A program made the translations under genes and the position numbers. A stretch of DNA of 62,591 bases, counting the filler, from Corallochytrium limacisporum Hawaii (taxonomy: Eukaryota > Protista > Pluriformea), in NCBI GenBank assembly GCA_002811645.1. It is 6 parts of 6 records of this genome, joined end to end, with 100 filler letters (N's around TTAATTAATTAA, not from the genome) between each part and the next. Parts side by side here need not be neighbours in the genome. Positions count along the whole stretch, not along the records: positions 33,743 to 49,298 come from PDIP01000174.1; positions 49,399 to 57,544 come from PDIP01000083.1; 4 more parts are not named here. The stretch is one strand, 5' to 3'. Positions 41,474 to 52,443 of this stretch are shown one piece after another. The first letter of the stretch is position 1. Every line of letters starts with the position of its first letter. The notes below the pieces were generated by a model, which saw only the letters and a list, made by a program, of their open reading frames with translations, ran no database searches and was not told the origin of the DNA.

Positions 41474-42777
41474 ACTGATCAATTACTCTCGGGAACTACA
41501 TGAAGCAAGTGATGTGTTTGAGAAAGCATTTGAAGGTTGTGGCATTCGAATAGTCGCAAGGATGATCAGGTTGCTGCTTGCAAGGCTACAGCAGGTCTCG
41601 TTCGCACCTCTTGATGGTTCGGTCAGTGGCACCCGCGAGGTAGTACACCTGCCTCCGACCAGATTTATGTAAACATTTTGGTACGCCGATCATTGAATGT
41701 CCTCATATTGTGCATGGAACGTCTACGAATCTGCGCACAGGAAACAGGCGACAAGATCCGGCCCCCTGTGTCATCATCAAATTTCAAATATATTTCCATA
41801 TATTCTAAATCAATTAAATATATTCCTAGTCGACAGGAAATCGCAAATTCGGCCGGTGTGCAGTGGTCTGTAGGATTTTAGCGCTCGCTCTCTGTTGGAC
41901 GAGAGAAACTTTGAACAATTTGTATATATACATGCACCAGCGTCGGTTGTTACCGGCTGACCAGGATCAGTAGGACACCGGTGGCTGCGCAATTACAACA
42001 CTGCCCCACCGTCGCATTCTTTCAGAGCCCTAAATGTATGAGGTAGAACATCGGCCGCTCCGCTGGGTGGTTATAAACCCCCTTCGAAAGAACCCAAAAC
42101 TCCAACGAAATACCAAACCAACCCCTCGCTCCCTTTTTTCCCTCCCCACTATTTCCTTGTTTTGCAACCGGGTCCTCCTAGTGTAGTTCCTTTTCTACTT
42201 GGTTGTGGGCATGTTTTGGATGCAATGTACTCTACCACCAACTTGGCACTTTTGTGTTGAGTTGTTGTTGCAACCCCGCAGATGAATAGGGAGTCCGCCC
42301 ACCGTTGGTCTGTCTGGAACCTCGCGAAAGATATAGTGGGAGATAGCACAAGCATGCGCCCAATATCTTTCCCGACATTTTGGTCTGGCTGACTGAGGAA
42401 CTGATTGTTACCGCTGCCTGCAAACATGTTTCTGTTCTTGGGTATTTGAGTAGAAGTGGTCTGCCTTTGACTAAACTTGCGGACCAATCACTGGACGCAC
42501 TCGTTGTGAGTGACTAGGGCATATCCTTTGCGGATTTAATTATCTGAAGACATACTTTGGCACCTATTTGGTATTACGTGCGCCACAAATTCTAATTATT
42601 GGGGTTTAAGTAAATGCACTGCACAAAGTCCAAGAACCAATGATGATATTAGGGTGAAGTAAGAAATACAACATCAGCGCGGAACTCTTGTATAACAATA
42701 GCTTACTGGGATCCGACGGGTTGGAAACATAAGAAGTAAAGTGGCAAAAAAACTGGTGACCATCCAAACATATAAAT

Positions 42778-44256
42778 ATGTCAGACAAGCAGCATCCTGA
42801 CGAGCATGATGAATTCCAGAGCAATAACCTCAGCGAATTTGCCATGCCGGGCATGGTTGGTGAGTCTGGAAGGAGCAAGAAGGGATCCACAAAGACGACG
42901 TCTCGGGAAGATATGGCAGGTTCGCTGAGTCAGGCCATGGCCGCACATAAAATCTCTGACGGTGGTGTCCCAAAGAAAAGTGGCAGTGCAAAGGCCAAGA
43001 AGCTCACTGGGCAGATCGCAGTCGATGTTAGCAGTTCCGGGCCCGAGTCCAGCGATGAAGAGAACGACGTCGACGAAGACGAGGACGAGGAACTCGTCCT
43101 TGAAACCTTCACCGGGGACACTGAAGAGGCGAGGATGCTGCGGGAAGGTCAGCTGGAGTATATTAATTTCACGAAGCTACCGACCTGCTATGATTTGATA
43201 CCCTTAAGCGGTAAGGTAGTGGTCTTTGATACGAGCCTTTTGGTGAAGAAGGCCTTCTTCGCTCTTGTGCAGAACGGTATCCGCAGTGCACCATTGTGGA
43301 GCAGCAAATACCAAAAGTTTGTTGGTATGATTACCATTACGGACTTTGTAAATATTTTGCGGCACTACTACCAGAGTCCCTTGGTGAAGATGGATGAGCT
43401 GGAGGAGCACAAGATTAGCACATGGCGCCAGACGGAACGCAATTTCGGAGAGGTCCGCGGTTTCATGATTCACATCGACCCAACCGCGTCACTTTATGAT
43501 GCAGTGAAGACGCTAATCAAGCACAAGATTCACCGCCTACCGGTTATTGAACCGTCCACTGGCAGTGTCATTGCAGTTCTAACGCATAAGCGTATTCTGC
43601 ACTTCATCCACGCCAACGTCAAGGTACAGCCACGTATGCTGCAGATTAGCATCGAAGAACTCAACTTAGGAACGTACAACAATATTGTCACAGTCACGCG
43701 TGATACGCCAATCATTGTTGCGCTGAAAATGTTTGCGGACAAGCGCATTAGTGCGCTGCCTGTTGTTGATGAGGAGGGCCGTGTGGTAGATGTCTACGCA
43801 AAATTCGATGTTATTAATTTGGCCCGTGAGAGGTCCTACAATGATTTGGATCGCACCATCCGTGAGGCCCTTGCTCACCGTCAGGAAGGCTTCGAAGGTG
43901 TGCATACGTGCCTTAGGACAGATTCGCTGGGAAAGATTATGAACCAAATTGTCAAAGCCCGGGTGCATCGTCTGGTCATTGTGGATGAAGAACAGCGGGT
44001 ATCGGGTGTGATCTCCCTGTCTGATATTCTAAGCTTTTTGTTGGGTGTCTCGAACAAAAAGTACGGTAAGAAGACTGCAACGCCGGGCAGTGCCGAGAAG
44101 GAGGCGGACAAGCGGATGTACGGTCGGCGGCAGAGTGAGAGGCGTAGCAGTGAGTCTAAGGATCCAACGACACCACGGCGCAAGGCTCGAACCCAGTCCG
44201 GCTCTCAGACACAGCGTGAGCCCATCAGTCGCAGTCTGAGTCACCAGGTACCATAG
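42778..44256 (+). CDS. PRKAG: AMP-activated protein kinase gamma subunit (four CBS domains)
   Basis: CYDLIPLSGKVVVFDTSLLVKKAF, FVGMITITDF, IHRLPVI, YAKFDVINLA, VHRLVIVD. Confidence 0.95.
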   Translation: MSDKQHPDEHDEFQSNNLSEFAMPGMVGESGRSKKGSTKTTSREDMAGSLSQAMAAHKISDGGVPKKSGSAKAKKLTGQIAVDVSSSGPESSDEENDVDEDEDEELVLETFTGDTEEARMLREGQLEYINFTKLPTCYDLIPLSGKVVVFDTSLLVKKAFFALVQNGIRSAPLWSSKYQKFVGMITITDFVNILRHYYQSPLVKMDELEEHKISTWRQTERNFGEVRGFMIHIDPTASLYDAVKTLIKHKIHRLPVIEPSTGSVIAVLTHKRILHFIHANVKVQPRMLQISIEELNLGTYNNIVTVTRDTPIIVALKMFADKRISALPVVDEEGRVVDVYAKFDVINLARERSYNDLDRTIREALAHRQEGFEGVHTCLRTDSLGKIMNQIVKARVHRLVIVDEEQRVSGVISLSDILSFLLGVSNKKYGKKTATPGSAEKEADKRMYGRRQSERRSSESKDPTTPRRKARTQSGSQTQREPISRSLSHQVP

Positions 44257-45059
44257 ACAATTAGCCATGGGAAGACAAGACAATTTCTCTGAATGTCAAG
44301 TTTACAAGAATGGCTGACCAAAGTAAACATCATAGAATTAGTGTTTTCTGATGCACGGTATTGCGATAAGTTTTTTCGGAGCAGTGCTGGTGAGTAACAA
44401 ATGATTTATCGGATGCATTAGTGTAGAATACCGTAGATAGGATCAAAATCCACGCAGATGTCTCAGGCCACCATGGCAGAAAAGCAGAGTACCTCTGGTA
44501 AGGGCTGATCATTTCGTTGTCGGCCCGCCCCCTGGGTGCGTGTACAGCGACAATGGCAACGATTGGAGAACCTCTCTCTGCTGCGGTACAGCTGCAGTCG
44601 AGACGAATCAGACGGACCGGAGCCCGATTCCACCGACCCAGTGCGCAGACATGGTACCAAGGTAACTAGCATGTCCTGTTTACTTGGTTCGCTCGTCGAC
44701 AGGCAAGAAATTTTACCTTTACCGAATTAGTTTACCTGTCGCTGACCACAGCATTCCCTTGTAGCACCCAGAATGAACAGCACGACCACCGTGAGTATCG
44801 TGGCCATGCATTTCGTTGGCCATTCGGCAGCGCTGCAACCGCACTCGAGACGAAAATCTCAATGCATCAATGCAAGCCTTACCACCAGCACCCTCTTTAC
44901 AGTCTGGGATGTTCAGTTGCTGGTCTTTGTCTCACAAACAAAAGACCATCTGACAACTCTGCTGCCCAGTATCTCAACGCACCATAGGAGTGCGCACCGA
45001 CTTTGCAAACTTCCACACCCGGCCCTCCCCAGCTGCCTTTCGTCAATCGAGAGAGGGTG

Positions 45060-45150
45060 TCAATATTTTGCGGGATAGTGCGATCGATTCAACACACTTT
45101 CCCTAAGCATTTTCATAGCGAAATTGGCCAAGGTTGTGCGCGGTTCTGGA
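45060..45150 (-). mobile_element. Possible second Copia-integrase relic
   Basis: RTTLANFAMKMLRESVLNRSHYPA; shares tccctaagcattt with ~3519. Confidence 0.25.
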
Positions 45151-45674
45151 GAACCTGGTCCGCATTCCTACAACTTTGGAAGGAAAAAAAAAATCTTTAG
45201 CCATCACAGGGTAGTACTCGCCCGATTACCCGCCCAGAGAAAACTTCTTGTCGCGTCCCTTCTCTGGCAGTCGAGTGCGTTACCCCAGGACGGTCAGAGT
45301 AAGCTGCCTGCCGCATAAGGTAAGGTGGGTCGTCGTTGTCTTGGGGTCCCACAAGGGGTGTCACCATTGGTGAGGGAAACGGATGGTGCTGACCCAGATG
45401 TGACGTACATGCCCCAGCTTGGGGGTGATCACGAAACACACACTCGGGCGATGCAAATATGTACTATGACATGGTACTGTACACAGCAGTGGGCATCATT
45501 AAATTGCGATGAGTCTTACCCCGGTCAACATTCCATCCAGGGAGCCAACGGTTTTGCCGTCCAGGGAGCGATTAGCTCGCAAATCTATAAAGTTGTGCGG
45601 ATCGGAATTCCAAACAGAAAACTTCATCATGCATACCAAATATTCTTGCCACTACAGATATCCAAACATCCATC

Positions 45675-46511
45675 ATGGGAAACTTGTACCTGTCCAGTCT
45701 CTCTCGTCTCTTTCGTGCGTACATTATTTTGAAGGTGTGCATAATTGTCAGCAGCACTATCTCAGCCTGGTTAATAATATCCTCCGCTGTGTGGCCCGCT
45801 AACACAGAAATGCGGTATTTTCCGCTACACCATTCACAATCAATCGGAAGCACGGCATTTGGTAGTGTCAGTGTTGTGAGTGCCTGCCTGAGTTTCATAC
45901 TTCTTGTTGGCTATGTTTGTTTCGTCAAGCCCATGTCCATTTCTGCAAAGATCCTGATGATGACCTGCAATCTTTTTGTGAGCTTTCTGTTGTTTGGCTT
46001 TTGCATTGGTTGGACCGTTGGGTTTATCGTCATCTATTCAAACACCACCTTCACCGACTCTTCGATCTTTGACTCGTATACTTATCATCACGGTCTTTAC
46101 ATATTGGCAATGTTCTTGGGAGTCTTGACCGGTGCCCTCTGGTTCGGGGACGCGTTCGTAGCTTCAAGATATCGCATACGTCTGATAGAATCCACCAAGA
46201 GTGACATTACATCCACACAAAGCAAAGATCCGAGCTCAAGGGCATCGGGATCTCATGGCGTCGACGACCCTCCCCCTTATGAGGGAACCGGTACTCCGCA
46301 TGATCATCCTCCAATGGAAATACGCGAGTTAACCGGGGGCTGTAATATCAATCCAACCGCACCATCAAAAGTTGAGCTTACAACTGTATCTTCTACTTTA
46401 TCATATGCCACACCAACATCTTCTATACCGGCACTGCGGAGCCATCTTTCTCCTGGATACCGAACACAAGCATACCATCCGCCGCCAGAAAGGAGAAGGG
46501 CTTCGAATTAA
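45675..46511 (+). CDS. Four-TM (MARVEL-like) membrane protein with PY-motif tail
   Basis: Four hydrophobic helices followed by a Ser/Thr/Pro-rich tail containing PPPY. Confidence 0.7.
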   Translation: MGNLYLSSLSRLFRAYIILKVCIIVSSTISAWLIISSAVWPANTEMRYFPLHHSQSIGSTAFGSVSVVSACLSFILLVGYVCFVKPMSISAKILMMTCNLFVSFLLFGFCIGWTVGFIVIYSNTTFTDSSIFDSYTYHHGLYILAMFLGVLTGALWFGDAFVASRYRIRLIESTKSDITSTQSKDPSSRASGSHGVDDPPPYEGTGTPHDHPPMEIRELTGGCNINPTAPSKVELTTVSSTLSYATPTSSIPALRSHLSPGYRTQAYHPPPERRRASN

Positions 46512-46603
46512 CCTGACCCAACATGTGACAAGTCGAACTCCGGAAGTACCAGTGAACGATCTGTTTTTAGCTAGTGGCGCTGTTCAAGGAAACCCTGCTT
46601 AGA

Positions 46604-46640
46604 AATAAACAGTACCAACGAGGAATCCTATGTTGGTACT
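46604..46640 (+). terminator. AATAAA followed by a hairpin between convergent genes
   Basis: aataaac then AGTACCAAC-gaggaatcctat-GTTGGTACT (9-bp perfect stem). Confidence 0.35.
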
Positions 46641-46790
46641 TTGGTCAATGCAAGTAGGCCAAATCCCTCAGTGAGCAAAAAACTTCGGCGTTCCTGTACC
46701 GGCAGCCACAAAATGTGAGCGAGAGACCGGTGCGGGGTTTCTGTTCGGTGGTACTTCCGATGACCAAGTGATTATGCGTGCGGGCATCGC

Positions 46791-48860
46791 CTACCAACTC
46801 AATTTCTGCCCATCGTCACCACAGTTGTAGGAGGCAGCAGCGATGGGCGAGTTTGTGATGTGACGGAGTACGGCCTTTTCGTATTTCGCGTACAGATTGA
46901 TCATACCGCCGCCCTGGAGCATTTTGAGTTCCACATTGGTCATTTGGAACGGGAACTTTTGATTATCGATTGTTACAGAACGGTCATGCAGGGAGATGTA
47001 AATATTATGGCCCCCCTCGGCGAGGCAGTAGAATGTGTCGTCGTTGATGACAATGCCAAGCAGGCCCATATTCGGCTGATTGCGGTGGTAGATAAAAGCA
47101 AAACCTCGAGCAATGACAGCCTGCACCCCAATCCCCATCAATGCGCGGACAGCCTCCTCTCGGGAACTGCCGGAGCCGAAACCGTGACCAGCGACGATAA
47201 TGTTGTGCCCTTTCTTTACGAGGTCGCGGAAGTCGGGCTTGAAAAACTGGAAGCAGTGTGTGCCCAAGTCCTCGTCACTCTCACCAGGCATGAATTCCGC
47301 GGGGATGATGGCGTCCGTGTCAATGTTGTCGCCAAAGATCTGTGGCTTACCCACAATGGTACTTTCAGATGTAACATTTCCATCGATGGGAATGTTCTCC
47401 TTGTTCTCATCCGTTCCTTTCGCAGCGCCGTTGGCAGCAGTATCTTTGATCAGTTCGGGCTCGGGTTCAGTGTACTCGACAAGACTCCTTATCGGATTCT
47501 CAAAGATGAAATACTTCTCAAACTTCTCTTTGTCAATTTTATCCAGATATTTCCGCGGATTCTCGATCTGCATATCAAAGGAGGAGGCACACACTGTCGC
47601 TGCGCTTGCCAGGTTGCCAATCGATCCCTCGCCCATGCGATTCCGGAAGTTACGATTCTGACTGCTCAGCCAGACCTCACCTTCAGCAGCCCGATCATAG
47701 CTCACACCAACGCAGTAGCTGCAGCCTGGCGCCCCTACCTCAAAGCCGGCCCTCTGGTAAATTTCCAGCAGGCCCCACTTTCGCATCTTGGCGACAATGT
47801 TCACACTGCCTGGTGTGACCCGACGTTTGCCTTCGCCAATTGGCACGCGCCCTTCTTTCATGGCAGCGTCAAGGACCAGAGCGCCGAGCACAAGGTCTTC
47901 TTCAGCGGTGGTGCAGGCACCAACAAAAACACCGTCTAGTTTCTTTCCCACCGCCTTGTCCACGTGAACGACATCATCAGGGCTCGGGTACAGAGCCACA
48001 AGCGAGTCCACGTCACTTAGATCGATTTTGTACCGTTCTGCGTACTTGGCATCGTCATCTGCCTTCATATACTTGCCACCACCACGGTACTTGGCAGTCT
48101 GGCGGTTTACAATATACTCGTGCACGACCTCGTCAGCCGGGAACACTCCCACAATGCCACCGAATTCGGTGGTCATATTGGCAATCGCAAAACGGGCATC
48201 ACAAGAGAGGACATTTAAGTTACCGCCCCACTCTACTGCACGCTCAAACGCGACAGTGTTGCGCTTAAGGTAGCCCATGACGTGCAGAATGATGTCCTTA
48301 CCGCCGATACCGAATGGTGGATTACCGACCAGGTCGATACGGATGGTTTCTGGCACCCGCATCCACGTCTCACCGGTGACCATTGGCATCACCACATCGG
48401 CAGCCCCAAGACCGGCAGCCCAGGCCCCCATGCTCCCGGCACTGCACGTATGGCTGTCCGCACCAATAACGATCTGACCCGGGAGCACACGCTCACGGCA
48501 GAACTCGGTATGTAGGATGGTCTGATTCGGGGGCTGGTATTCAGACAGGCCGGCTTCCTTGGCAAAGTTTTCGGCTTGGGTAATAAGCTTCTTCTGCTTG
48601 GGTTCGTGGTAGTTGCGTGGGTCCACAGTATGGTCGACAGCGAGCCAGACCCGGTCGTTACGGAAAATCTTTGGCCTTCCTAAGGCCTGGTAGGTCTTCT
48701 CCATGCCAGACCAACTCAGTTCGGAGGCGAGCGTCCACTGCACCTTGATGCAGATGACGTCACCAGGTTTTACCCAAGGGTCCTTTAGGCCCACCGCATT
48801 GTGACACAGCAGTTTTTCATTCAAATTCATAGAGATCTGTCGTTTTCGTGAGTCCATCAT
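46791..48860 (-). CDS. Aconitase-family Fe-S dehydratase, fused LeuC/HacA-like large and LeuD/HacB-like small domains
   Basis: VDH, GADSHT, IANMTTEFG, GACTT and PGCSYC (three Fe-S Cys), SSQNRNF, NIDTDAIIP, FGSGSSRE. Confidence 0.92.
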   Translation of the reverse strand: MMDSRKRQISMNLNEKLLCHNAVGLKDPWVKPGDVICIKVQWTLASELSWSGMEKTYQALGRPKIFRNDRVWLAVDHTVDPRNYHEPKQKKLITQAENFAKEAGLSEYQPPNQTILHTEFCRERVLPGQIVIGADSHTCSAGSMGAWAAGLGAADVVMPMVTGETWMRVPETIRIDLVGNPPFGIGGKDIILHVMGYLKRNTVAFERAVEWGGNLNVLSCDARFAIANMTTEFGGIVGVFPADEVVHEYIVNRQTAKYRGGGKYMKADDDAKYAERYKIDLSDVDSLVALYPSPDDVVHVDKAVGKKLDGVFVGACTTAEEDLVLGALVLDAAMKEGRVPIGEGKRRVTPGSVNIVAKMRKWGLLEIYQRAGFEVGAPGCSYCVGVSYDRAAEGEVWLSSQNRNFRNRMGEGSIGNLASAATVCASSFDMQIENPRKYLDKIDKEKFEKYFIFENPIRSLVEYTEPEPELIKDTAANGAAKGTDENKENIPIDGNVTSESTIVGKPQIFGDNIDTDAIIPAEFMPGESDEDLGTHCFQFFKPDFRDLVKKGHNIIVAGHGFGSGSSREEAVRALMGIGVQAVIARGFAFIYHRNQPNMGLLGIVINDDTFYCLAEGGHNIYISLHDRSVTIDNQKFPFQMTNVELKMLQGGGMINLYAKYEKAVLRHITNSPIAAASYNCGDDGQKLSW

Positions 48861-49287
48861 TCTTTTGCATTTGTGGATATAACTGACGCTGCGCCTAGAG
48901 CACGTATCGCTTCACTTAATCTCATCCTAAGGTTTGGTCTGTCCAGATTCAGATCTAGTAGTGGCACTAAATAACTGCTCGCGCGATTGGAGGCTCACCA
49001 CGAAAGCTACACAAAGAACAGCCGGAGTAATCCGGATGCCATGGCCCAACGTCTGCTCAGGCAATCTTACACTTGTGATCAGGACAACCCCGCTTTCTCT
49101 TCCTCACGTCCTCCACCGCAACCTCCACACTCAGCTCTGGCACCACCGTACTGTCACTACAACCTTCCCTCTGCTCGCCTTTCTTTCCCCCTTCCCTCCA
49201 CCTCTGATCGCCGAGATCAGACTATATCCCCCTTTAATAACCCTGCGGCTCCAGCTCTTAGGAACTTCGAGGTTAAGGTAGGACCAG

Positions 49288-49298
49288 GGGTTAGGGTT
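49288..49298. repeat. Telomere-type (TTAGGG)n remnant at contig end
   Basis: gggttagggtt are the last bases of the contig, in the orientation expected for a right chromosome end. Confidence 0.5.
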
Positions 49299-49398
49299 NN
49301 NNNNNNNNNNNNNNNNNNNNNNNNNNNNNNNNNNNNNNNNNNTTAATTAATTAANNNNNNNNNNNNNNNNNNNNNNNNNNNNNNNNNNNNNNNNNNNN
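49299..49398. other. Artificial contig linker
   Basis: N-TTAATTAATTAA-N. Confidence 0.98.
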
Positions 49399-50054
49399 TG
49401 TGATAAGATTTATTTGATTCAAAGAAGGTTGCGACCCTATAAACCTAAATTCCTCCTTAACTTATGGGGCAGAGGTTGGTACGTACCACCAGGGAAAAAA
49501 GGGCGGGAGAGGAAATTACTGGAACAGAGCCTCACGGTCTGTACAACTACGCATAATCTGCGGGATGGGCCAGCAGTCCCATTCTCCACCCCCTGCCAGT
49601 GTACACAGAGTGCAGATACCCCGGCGATCTGCACCGCCTGCGATTTCGTCCACACTTTGCTTGTAATGCGGAGATGGGTACCCACCGCTCCCACCCATAC
49701 AAGCGTAATGATCATGTTCGTCGCTCTTCTTCAGTTTGCTATGGTGAAAATTAGCAGGATATGCGCCATCGCAAACACCTACTGTTTACTCTCATGCAGG
49801 ACGGGACATTGCATACCTTCATACTCAAAGGACACCGTACCCGCGCACGCACACGCAGGCTCCTTCCACACCCCCCCATGGAAAGCGGATCTGAATCCTC
49901 TGCCTCTGCGCGCTACCGAAGAGCCCCCTCCCTCTCTCTTTCTCCGGCTGCGGGTGTTCTCAGCCAATACATTCTCAAAACGGGCAAATATCTGTACAGC
50001 CTGGAACGCAAAATACCGGGGGTATCTCCCCGTCTGTGTAAATTGGAAGCCATC

Positions 50055-50058
<4 letters not shown>

Positions 50059-50100
<42 letters not shown>
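50059..50100. repeat. (TC)n microsatellite
   Basis: About 21 perfect TC units. Confidence 0.95.
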
Positions 50101-50104
<4 letters not shown>

Positions 50105-52443
50105 ACTCACCCCGGCGGGGGGGGGCCCTTTGCCTTTTGACCGCGCGCCAGTTTTGAGCCGAGTGTGTGTTCTGGGGGGGGGGGGGAGATATGTGGCTCG
50201 AAGGCTACAGCCTTGCCCTCCCTTTCACTCAGACCGAAGCCCCGTGGAGGGGGGGGGGCAGGGATTCAGTCCTTTGCTATATTCTTTCCTTTTTGTATGA
50301 TGTTCCAAGCATTCCTCGAGCTGTCCAACCCACCTTGGGCCGGTCCTGCTCTCTTGCAATAAGCCTCCCGTTCTCGTCTTCGTGGTAGTGCACTACAAAC
50401 TCTTACCAACTACGCTGGCAGACGCACTCCTGCGCATGCGGTTCGTACGCCACCGCTCCTTTCCTTAAGGCCCCCATCCCGTATTTACTCTTCTATTCAT
50501 TCACCATACTTACGGCCCCTCCTGTTTTCCGAACCAGGGAATCAATCAATCCAGGCGTCTTGAAGAAGAACGCAGGAAGACAGGGAAACAGCGAACGAAA
50601 CACGCCAAGGACCCAGCAAAACACATGCAAACCCGGGCGCAACCGAACAGTGTGCCTGGGCGCCCTTCTGCGGTTGTTTTTTCCTTCCCTGTATTTACTC
50701 TGGCGGACAAGACAAGAAGTTCTGTTGTCGTGGCACTGCTTCCCGGCGTACTAAGAAAGGCAACTCCCGGGTACGGAATGGGCTTACTCACTCACCCTGC
50801 GCGCTCTCTCTCGCTCGCTCTCATGGAGTATCTTCGTATGCTCGCCTCAGGCCTCTGGCTTCGGGTGAGACGGGGGTTAGCTGTGAGCACCAGGGAGAAG
50901 AAGAGATTGCGACGAGGCCCGAGAGATGTCGGTAGGTCGAAGGTTGACCGTTAGTGCGCGGCGGGTACCACCCCACCCAAGCTGGCCTTTTGGCTGGCAG
51001 CCTGCCCCACCGCCCCGCCCCGCCCCGGGGGGGAGGGGGGAGGGGGTTTGTACCGCCGGCCGAAGAAGGAGGGAAGGAAGGGAGAGAGGAGGTCCAAAAA
51101 GAGAAGGGAAGGTTCGATATGGAAAGAAAGAAAGAAAGGAGAGATAAAGAGAAAAAAAAAGAGAGGGGGGGGGGGGCACTTTCGCTTGTTTACGGGAAAT
51201 AAATCGGGTGAGAACCTCAGAGAGGCCGTAGTAGATCGGCAGGGGGCTTAGGAACTCACACACACGAGCTTTCTTAAGTATAGAAATCCGCCTCATGCCC
51301 ACCGCCCACCCCAGAAAGGAGAAGACGAAGAAGAAGAAGAAAAAAAAACCCTCTCCCGGAGGATTTAAGTGGGAGGGAGGCCAGGGTGCATTTCACCTAC
51401 CCAGTTCCATTGAAAATGTACGGGTGCCGTGCAGCGCACGGCCGGCTGGTGAGCTGACACCCGCGAGTGTTGGGGGAGGTTACTGGGCCCTGCAGAGCCA
51501 TAATAGTACCACCAACGCGACCGACACACACACACACGCGTCCAATGGCAAAGACCACAACGAAGTGCCCCGGTCGAGCATCCTCGACACCATCTACTGG
51601 GAAAGCAGAAACCCTCGCATCGGGTGTTGCAAGCATAAATTATGATAATCATCTCTGTCTCCCCCTCAGTGTGTCGATGGTGGTGGCCCCTTTGTTTCTC
51701 TTTTCCCCCTCCCCCCCCCCACCCCGGTCCTCCCTTTCTCCTCTAGCCCTTGGGTGGGGTAGCGAGCAGGGGGAGTGGTATATTGTGTCCAGGGACACCT
51801 ATCAGTGTGTACCTTATACGCGTATGTTATGTAAGTGCTTTTCGGTAGCGTATTGTGCAGATGAAGCGAAAGTTTGGCAGGTTTTGCGTCACCCACCTGG
51901 GCCGGATCCTTCATTTTTCGCTTGCGCCTTCTCCTCACACCCGCCGCTCCCTCCCCCCAACCGACACCCTTCCCTCCGGAGCGGCTGCGCTCGGTGGGGC
52001 TTCGCGTATGGACGAGTGCCTTACGCCAGCGAAACTGCACCAGCATCGCTGTTGTGCCGTCGAATAATCGACTGTTATATCCCGACTCTCGCTCTCGGCC
52101 TCCTCGATGGCACCGCACACGGTCCTATCTCTCGGCGGTGGCAATGCGTTGGCCGTTGCAGATTGCATTCGCGTTCAGCTTTGCACCTATACTGACAGTC
52201 TGTAACTTCACGTGTCAGCTGTTCATTTGCAAGGACCTTATCGGAGGCTCTGGGATACCGCAAGCTTACTTTATCCCGTGCGGCTACTAGACGGACTCGA
52301 TGACCATAGGTGTGCGTAACCGGCTTCATTTAGCAAATCTTGTCCATAATATCAAGAAGAACTATAGTAGATAGTAGCCGTGCAATTTAGTTTTGGGGGC
52401 AGAAAGGAAACTCCTGCGGTATTTCCCATTCAATAACCTAGCC

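Noticed and set aside
46860-47939. 359-aa antisense ORF, and similar ones opposite the cathepsin, DD3-3 and hydrolases
   Set aside because: Shadow ORFs caused by codon bias of the real gene on the other strand
49414-52290. Several 150-250-aa ORFs upstream of the hydrolase pair
   Set aside because: Run through microsatellites and homopolymers, non-ATG starts, no motifs
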